64,000 bases of DNA from an uncultured Candidatus Saccharibacteria bacterium. Lineage in GTDB: Bacteria > Patescibacteriota > Doudnabacteria > UBA920. This document shows, piece by piece, positions 58,421-64,000 of this stretch. A program made the translations under genes and the position numbers. How positions within the stretch are numbered: position 1 is the stretch's first letter; every line of letters begins with the position of its first letter. Under the pieces are notes generated by a model, which searched no databases, was not told the origin of the DNA, and saw nothing but the letters and a program-made list of their open reading frames with translations. The stretch spans positions 5,448 through 69,447 of the forward strand of contig CAZTCH010000005.1 of NCBI GenBank assembly GCA_964612745.1, in the 5' to 3' direction.

Positions 58421-60109
58421 TTATGTGGGTATAGGAGTTGGAGTATTTCTCGAATTTTCTTGTTGTTCGAAAATCATTGCCTCACACGCCTCAGGGCTTT
58501 GAATACACTCAGCAGCTGCATTATTAGTCACTGGCTTAGTAGAAGGAGTAAAATCACCAGGGATAAGGAAGTCAACTACTGGCACTTGTATGCACGATTC
58601 TTGCTCTCGTAATGTAACTCCGCCTTTTACGATGAGCTGATTTATAACACTCAGCAATATATTTGTTACAAAGTTCCCAAATCCTGGTCCGCCGGTTGTA
58701 GAATTACTTGGCAAAATATTAAATAGGGAATTAAGACCTGCCTGAATTTTGTTGCTAATAAAATCAACAGAAGAAACTATGGCGTTTGCAGACTTTGCGT
58801 CAATAGGGCTCTTCTTCCCTGGGGAGAGCAACTCTGCTTGCTTAGCTGTTTCTGCATTCGTTTTGGCGGCCTGCGCCAGTGCGTTGTAGAACAAATTGTA
58901 CCCTTCAGAATCTCCACGAAGACTATTACTGGCAATAATCTTCTCGTAGAACTTCGGATCGCTTGTATCGAGCGGCACCGATGGGTCAAACCCAAGGTAT
59001 TCCAAAGATTTTGCCTTGAGCGCCTTACGTATATCTTCTTGATCTCTTTTTTGACAGTTAAATTGTGGAATAAAAGCTTGAACAATGAGCTGATCTTTGA
59101 GCTCAGGAACATACTTCTCTAAATAGTTGTTCACATACTTACCGGTAACAGCATCACCGTAATATAAGAAGTTAGCAATGAGGTAGTTACTTTCAATTCG
59201 TAAAACCAATTCAGATATCTTATTTTTCGCAAAATTAAGCACCATAGCACCAAGAGCACTTCGCAGAAATTGCTCTGCCAAACGAGGAAGGTCCACCCCA
59301 ATTGCAACAGTAAACTGCGCATTGGCTACTTTTACAAACTTGCCTGTGGTCGCGTCTACGTATTGGGTTTCAGAGTAGAGCGGAATTTCTCCATACGTCT
59401 TCGTCAGCCCTTGCACTGCTTTGTTGATGGACGCCACTTGGTTTTGCGCAGCAGCAAATGCAGGATATGCTTGATCCCACTGCCTACCACGAGCCGCAAC
59501 ACCACGCGCAACCGCATCTGCATTTTCCACCGTTTGTTTTTGCACAGCAATAGCGCCCACCATCGACTTCTGCAAGTCTAGTGCATTTTTTGGTACTGGC
59601 AAACTGTACAAAGTATCTAACGTATCATCTACCAACTTAACTGCTTGTGCGGTTTGCACAGGGCTTGGATTTTCTCCGTAAACACCATCAAATGACCCTG
59701 ACGCTTCCAGATAATAAGTAGTCATAGCGTCCAGAGCTGCGGTAGCATATTTGCTTATCGCTTCCACAGAAGCTTCATTTGTTACTGTGAATCTACTTGC
59801 ATCTATTTTCGGCTGTAACGCAGGCTTATTTGCCCCTAAAGACGCATTCACATCTATTGCCAATGAACCTTCATCTACCACTTTACTTAAAATATCTCGG
59901 CTCGCAACCGGATCTACTTTCAACTCTGCCAAATAGGTCCGGTACTCTGCCAACGTCTTCTCTTGGTTATCTAAATACGCCTGTTTTTGTTCGGGCGTTG
60001 GTTGCTGGTAGCCAAACTCAGGATTACTCCAAATAGTAGTTGTCACCAAAACAACTACAGCAAGAGCAGAGACACCGATAATAAGTTTTTGTTGGTTTAT
60101 TAACTTCAT
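58421..60109 (-). CDS. Membrane-anchored hypothetical protein of the T4SS-like cluster
   Basis: N-terminal TM, helical body. Confidence 0.75.
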   Translation of the reverse strand: MKLINQQKLIIGVSALAVVVLVTTTIWSNPEFGYQQPTPEQKQAYLDNQEKTLAEYRTYLAELKVDPVASRDILSKVVDEGSLAIDVNASLGANKPALQPKIDASRFTVTNEASVEAISKYATAALDAMTTYYLEASGSFDGVYGENPSPVQTAQAVKLVDDTLDTLYSLPVPKNALDLQKSMVGAIAVQKQTVENADAVARGVAARGRQWDQAYPAFAAAQNQVASINKAVQGLTKTYGEIPLYSETQYVDATTGKFVKVANAQFTVAIGVDLPRLAEQFLRSALGAMVLNFAKNKISELVLRIESNYLIANFLYYGDAVTGKYVNNYLEKYVPELKDQLIVQAFIPQFNCQKRDQEDIRKALKAKSLEYLGFDPSVPLDTSDPKFYEKIIASNSLRGDSEGYNLFYNALAQAAKTNAETAKQAELLSPGKKSPIDAKSANAIVSSVDFISNKIQAGLNSLFNILPSNSTTGGPGFGNFVTNILLSVINQLIVKGGVTLREQESCIQVPVVDFLIPGDFTPSTKPVTNNAAAECIQSPEACEAMIFEQQENSRNTPTPIPT

Positions 60110-60179
60110 ACTTTATTTCAAAAAAATTGTTCGCAAAAGTACTTTCAGTATATCACTTTTTTTCATGCACAGGCAAAAG

Positions 60180-60214
60180 AAAAGTTGCACTTACGCAAAG
60201 TAAGTGCAACTTTT
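60180..60214. terminator. Intrinsic terminator
   Basis: aaaagttgcacttac-gcaaa-gtaagtgcaactttt. Confidence 0.8.
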
Positions 60215-60226
60215 ATAAAATGAGCT

Positions 60227-62467
60227 CTACTGACCAAACTGTTTGCTTGTCGTCAAGCTCCAGTTACCAGCCCCGCCAATAGCAGAGTTAGAAATTGTTT
60301 TAATCTTTGCTTCCACAATACCGGTAACTACAGGACAGCTATTCTTGTTTGCAGAACATGCAAGCCAATCAAGCTTCTTCCAAGAGTCGTCTGCACCAGA
60401 ATCACTCAAGCGGTACCAGACTTCAAACTCGCCAGTCTTGAGCCCTGCCGCCATCGCTGCGGTTGGGCTAATTTTGGCTAGTTGCCTTCCAGTCGAGTCA
60501 GTTCCAGCGCTGGTAATACAAGGCATGGGAATTAACACCGAAACACTTTCTCGAGCGGTGAGGTCATCGGTCGTTGCCACATATTCACCTTGTGCAGTCC
60601 GAACCGAGAGCACGTCACCCTTCTTTAGAGTAAATGTTGTCCCAGATACTCTACGACCATTGATGTATATAGTTGCCCCTGCACTGTTTCGAGTATCTAC
60701 CGCTGCTAGTATTGTCCCGTTAGACTGCACATTCACCCCAATAATAGGATCAGTCGACCCAACAGAACCACCAGCATCACACTGAGCCAAGTAGCCACCT
60801 AAACCACGAACATCTCTGGTTGGAGTAGGAGTTGCTTGCCCAACAGGAGTAGTAGATGCTGCCGGAGTTGGAGTAATCAGTGGTGTACCGCCACCAACAC
60901 CCGCACCAGTCCCACCACACACCCACAGACCACTTGCACCAGTACCCGTACCACCAATACTTGTTCCAGGCGTTAGCGTAGCCCTACCAGAACAGCAGCG
61001 ACTTCCTGAGCCACCATAGCGGTTTACCGTACGATATGTGTACCCATCTGCCTCACATTGTGAAATCAAAGTTGTTCCTGGAGGCCTACATGCTTCTTGG
61101 CCACCAGCTACCAATTTCTTAGTATTCGTTGGGCAAGGTGCACAGTTGGGTGAAACACTCGTGCGAGATGAACTACCTATATTCACATATTCATCTGGGC
61201 ACAAAGAAATAAAAGTTCGAGTTGGGGTCGGTGTAGGTGTTGGAGTTACCAAAGGCACCGTCCCTGGAGCGCCACACCGTGCTGGCAAGCCTCGTTCGTC
61301 CACACACTTTTGATCAGTTGGAGTTGGAGAAGCAGTTGGTGTTGGGGTAAATGTCCCACCAGGGCCACCACCACACACCCAGAGACCACTTGCACCAGTT
61401 CCTGTACCACCAATACTGCTCCCCGAAATCAAAGTAGCACGTCCTGCACAGCAGCGACTTCCAGAGCCACCATAACGGTTAACCGTACGATATGTGTACC
61501 CGTCTGCTTCACATGAAAGGGTTAATGTCGTTTCAGGAGGGCGACACGCTTCTTGCCCGCCAGCTGTCATTTTCTTCGTACCAAGTGGGCACCGCACACA
61601 GTTCGGAGAAACGCTCGTGCGAGATGAGCTACCTATATTCACATATTCATCTGGGCACAAAGAGCCAGACGTTGTTGGGGTTGGCGTTGATCGTACAGTA
61701 GGAGTAGGAGTCGGGGTTGGAGTTACCAATGGCACCGTCCCTGGAGCGCCACACCGTGCTGGTAACCCACGTTCATCAACGCATTTTTGATCAGTTGGAG
61801 TTGGCGAGCTAGAAGGGGTTGCAGTTGGAGTAAACGTCCCACCGGCGCCACCACCACACACCCAGAGACCACTTGCACCTGTGCCTGTACCACCAACACT
61901 GCTCCCAGGAATCAAAGTGGCACTACCTGCACAGCAGCGACTTCCAGTGCCGCCAAATCTATTTACTGTTCTATATGTATACCCATCTGGCTCACAAGAC
62001 AAGGTAAGTGGCGTCTTCGAAGGAAGACACGCCTCTTGCCCACCAGCTGTCATTTTCTCAGTGTTCGTCGGACAAGGTGCACAGTTAGGAGAAACGCTCG
62101 TGCGAGAAGAGCTGCCAATATTTACCTGACCATCTGGACACAAAGAACCAGCCGCACCGCCACGTATTGGCAATTCAGAAGCCCCACTATCAGATCGAGG
62201 CGGTGCCGAAGTGCCCAAATTCACCTCAGTCGGAGTAGGTGTCGACATAGTACTGCCATTAAACACACGCCGTAAAGTCGAGAGTAAATCGGCACGAGCA
62301 ACACCTACCGAAAAAACCTTGCTTGGTTTTACGATATGCCCTGTGAATCCTGCCATAAAAGCACACACAAGTACACCTACTAGTGCGTAGCGCTTCCACC
62401 CAAGACTGCTAACACGCGTGCTCGCTTGTTTTAAGCGATGCATTTGAGAATTTAAAAAATGTACCAT
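60227..62467 (-). CDS. Secreted protein with three Cys-rich internal repeats and PT linkers
   Basis: Three copies of SLCPD...NIGSSSRTSVSPNC...GGQEAC...RCC...GASGLWVCGG. Confidence 0.85.
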   Translation of the reverse strand: MVHFLNSQMHRLKQASTRVSSLGWKRYALVGVLVCAFMAGFTGHIVKPSKVFSVGVARADLLSTLRRVFNGSTMSTPTPTEVNLGTSAPPRSDSGASELPIRGGAAGSLCPDGQVNIGSSSRTSVSPNCAPCPTNTEKMTAGGQEACLPSKTPLTLSCEPDGYTYRTVNRFGGTGSRCCAGSATLIPGSSVGGTGTGASGLWVCGGGAGGTFTPTATPSSSPTPTDQKCVDERGLPARCGAPGTVPLVTPTPTPTPTVRSTPTPTTSGSLCPDEYVNIGSSSRTSVSPNCVRCPLGTKKMTAGGQEACRPPETTLTLSCEADGYTYRTVNRYGGSGSRCCAGRATLISGSSIGGTGTGASGLWVCGGGPGGTFTPTPTASPTPTDQKCVDERGLPARCGAPGTVPLVTPTPTPTPTRTFISLCPDEYVNIGSSSRTSVSPNCAPCPTNTKKLVAGGQEACRPPGTTLISQCEADGYTYRTVNRYGGSGSRCCSGRATLTPGTSIGGTGTGASGLWVCGGTGAGVGGGTPLITPTPAASTTPVGQATPTPTRDVRGLGGYLAQCDAGGSVGSTDPIIGVNVQSNGTILAAVDTRNSAGATIYINGRRVSGTTFTLKKGDVLSVRTAQGEYVATTDDLTARESVSVLIPMPCITSAGTDSTGRQLAKISPTAAMAAGLKTGEFEVWYRLSDSGADDSWKKLDWLACSANKNSCPVVTGIVEAKIKTISNSAIGGAGNWSLTTSKQFGQ

Positions 62468-62504
62468 ACGATTTTGTTTCCTCTGGCCAAAAACGAACTA
62501 AGGT

Positions 62505-63086
62505 TTAGAGCGCTCTAAGTGCAGTACTGTTTATAATTTGACCCACAAAAGGGTCTTGAATATTGCCACTTGCTTGCATGACTATGTAATCGGTGTCACT
62601 TTTTTGGATTACTACGAGCTGAACAGTGCTTTTATTTTCTGTAAATGTAACTGTCGCAGTGCGTAAGCCACTATTGGTTACTCCTTCTACTACTTTAGTA
62701 ACGCCAGCCTTAGAAGCGGCTAAACTAGTCGCAACAGATGCCAAAGTTTTTTCTACTGTCTTCACGCCACGGCTAATGCGCAGTTGCGTGCTTCCTGCAG
62801 CTGTCGCAGAAATATCCAAGGTATTGCTCACCACCAACAGACCCTCTGCGCCTGTAACTTCCTGCGCATACCAAGAAAGTGGCATGGAGAAGGTATACCC
62901 TTCCGCTTCAAATGGAATCCACCCAAGCGGAGCCACAGTACCAGAAAGTACCTGTGAAGCTGCATCGGCAGTCATAGGCGTTGGTCCGGTATCTTTAGTT
63001 TGAGCAGTATCACCGCCCTTATTAGAGCAGCCTGCTGCGAGTAAGGCAATCGCAGAAGCGGCAATCACTATTTTTTTTGCTTGCAT
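62505..63086 (-). CDS. Lipoprotein
   Basis: Lipobox LAAGC. Confidence 0.8.
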   Translation of the reverse strand: MQAKKIVIAASAIALLAAGCSNKGGDTAQTKDTGPTPMTADAASQVLSGTVAPLGWIPFEAEGYTFSMPLSWYAQEVTGAEGLLVVSNTLDISATAAGSTQLRISRGVKTVEKTLASVATSLAASKAGVTKVVEGVTNSGLRTATVTFTENKSTVQLVVIQKSDTDYIVMQASGNIQDPFVGQIINSTALRAL

Positions 63087-63173
63087 CTTAATTTTTTGTT
63101 CAATTATATATTGACCCCTTCACATAATAAAATAAAGGAGTGCATGTATTTTTAGTATACCACATAGTCCCAC

Positions 63174-64000
63174 TTACTGCTGCCAATTTTGTGCCAGTCG
63201 AATAAAATCTTCAACCGACAAATTTTGCGGGCGCGCGTCTCGTGTAATCTGCGCACTGGATAACAGCGCGTCAGCTTGTGCTGAACTCAAATGCAACCCC
63301 GCAGAAAGAGAATTGTGAATTTGCTTCCGCTTACCAGAAAAACAAGCTTTTGCCACAGTAAAGAGACTGACCTCTGCTGCTTCTGGCAATAGCGGTTTTG
63401 CATACACAGCAACATGTACCACTGCGCTATCTACTTTCGGCGCTGGAAAAAATGACCGCGCGGGCACTTCTCGAATAACCTGTGGTGTACCCACCAGTTG
63501 CACAGACAAGCCCAGCAAATTCATCCGACCAGCACGCGCGAGCATATTATGCGCCACTTCTTTCTGAACCAATAACGTAACACTACTTACAACAAAGCCT
63601 TTTGGGCGAATGAAAAGCTGCACCAACTTACCCGTTGCATAATACGGGATATTCGCCACAATCTTCACTGGTGTAGTCCGTGCCACTCCAGCGGAGTCTA
63701 ACAACGCCCCAAAATCACACTGGAGCGCATCTCCAAACTGCACAGAAAAATTAGGAAATTCAACAGTAAGCGCTTCCAAGAGTGGACGAAAACGCTCATC
63801 CTTTTCCACTGCAAACACTCGAGCCCCGCGGGAAAGCAATGCTCGCGTCAGAGTGGCAACCCCAGGACCCACCTCTATAACAACATCCCCTGCGGACACT
63901 GCCGCTGCCACAAGCATAGCGTCTAATACTGTTTCATCGAGCAAGAAATTCTGTCCGAACGTTTTGTTCGGTGAAAGCCCATACCGTCCAAGGCTCTTTT
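63174..64000 (-). CDS. rsmA: 16S rRNA dimethyladenosine transferase (5' end outside the window)
   Basis: The frame continues upstream as ...PNKTFGQNFL; EVGPG, VANIPY, QKEVA, PAPKVDSAV. Confidence 0.96.
   Translation of the reverse strand, partial: KSLGRYGLSPNKTFGQNFLLDETVLDAMLVAAAVSAGDVVIEVGPGVATLTRALLSRGARVFAVEKDERFRPLLEALTVEFPNFSVQFGDALQCDFGALLDSAGVARTTPVKIVANIPYYATGKLVQLFIRPKGFVVSSVTLLVQKEVAHNMLARAGRMNLLGLSVQLVGTPQVIREVPARSFFPAPKVDSAVVHVAVYAKPLLPEAAEVSLFTVAKACFSGKRKQIHNSLSAGLHLSSAQADALLSSAQITRDARPQNLSVEDFIRLAQNWQQ

Overview
A 64-kb chromosomal segment, most likely from a Patescibacteria (CPR, Parcubacteria-like) bacterium. This is an inference from the gene content: a chromosomal VirB4/PrgI cluster, large Ig-like surface proteins, and housekeeping genes that mostly lack a Shine-Dalgarno (SD). 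Housekeeping genes are proS (partial), rseP, frr, holB, miaA, gatCAB, lemA, htpX, recX, clpC (with a CIRCE-like operator), comF, rsmE, an ECF sigma/anti-sigma pair, recG, radA, rsmA (partial) and three tRNAs (Ser-GCT, Ser-TGA, Arg-CCG). Accessory content is large surface proteins, a T4SS-like cluster, and an AT-rich islet after tRNA-Ser(TGA) encoding a C5 methyltransferase plus a GHKL-ATPase/HEPN fusion. The most striking unexplained structure is a set of about a dozen short-period (7-9 bp) and palindromic repeat families. These (i) bracket a four-helix-bundle gene and a GxxExxY gene as inverted arrays inside conserved operons, (ii) occur as gene-less hairpins, (iii) stack into nested 400-600 bp composites that share blocks between loci, one with an inverted core, and (iv) occur in frame inside miaA, gatB and gatA and supply the stop codon of a GH1 gene. 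All calls come from reading the sequence and from motif recognition; no database searches were run.
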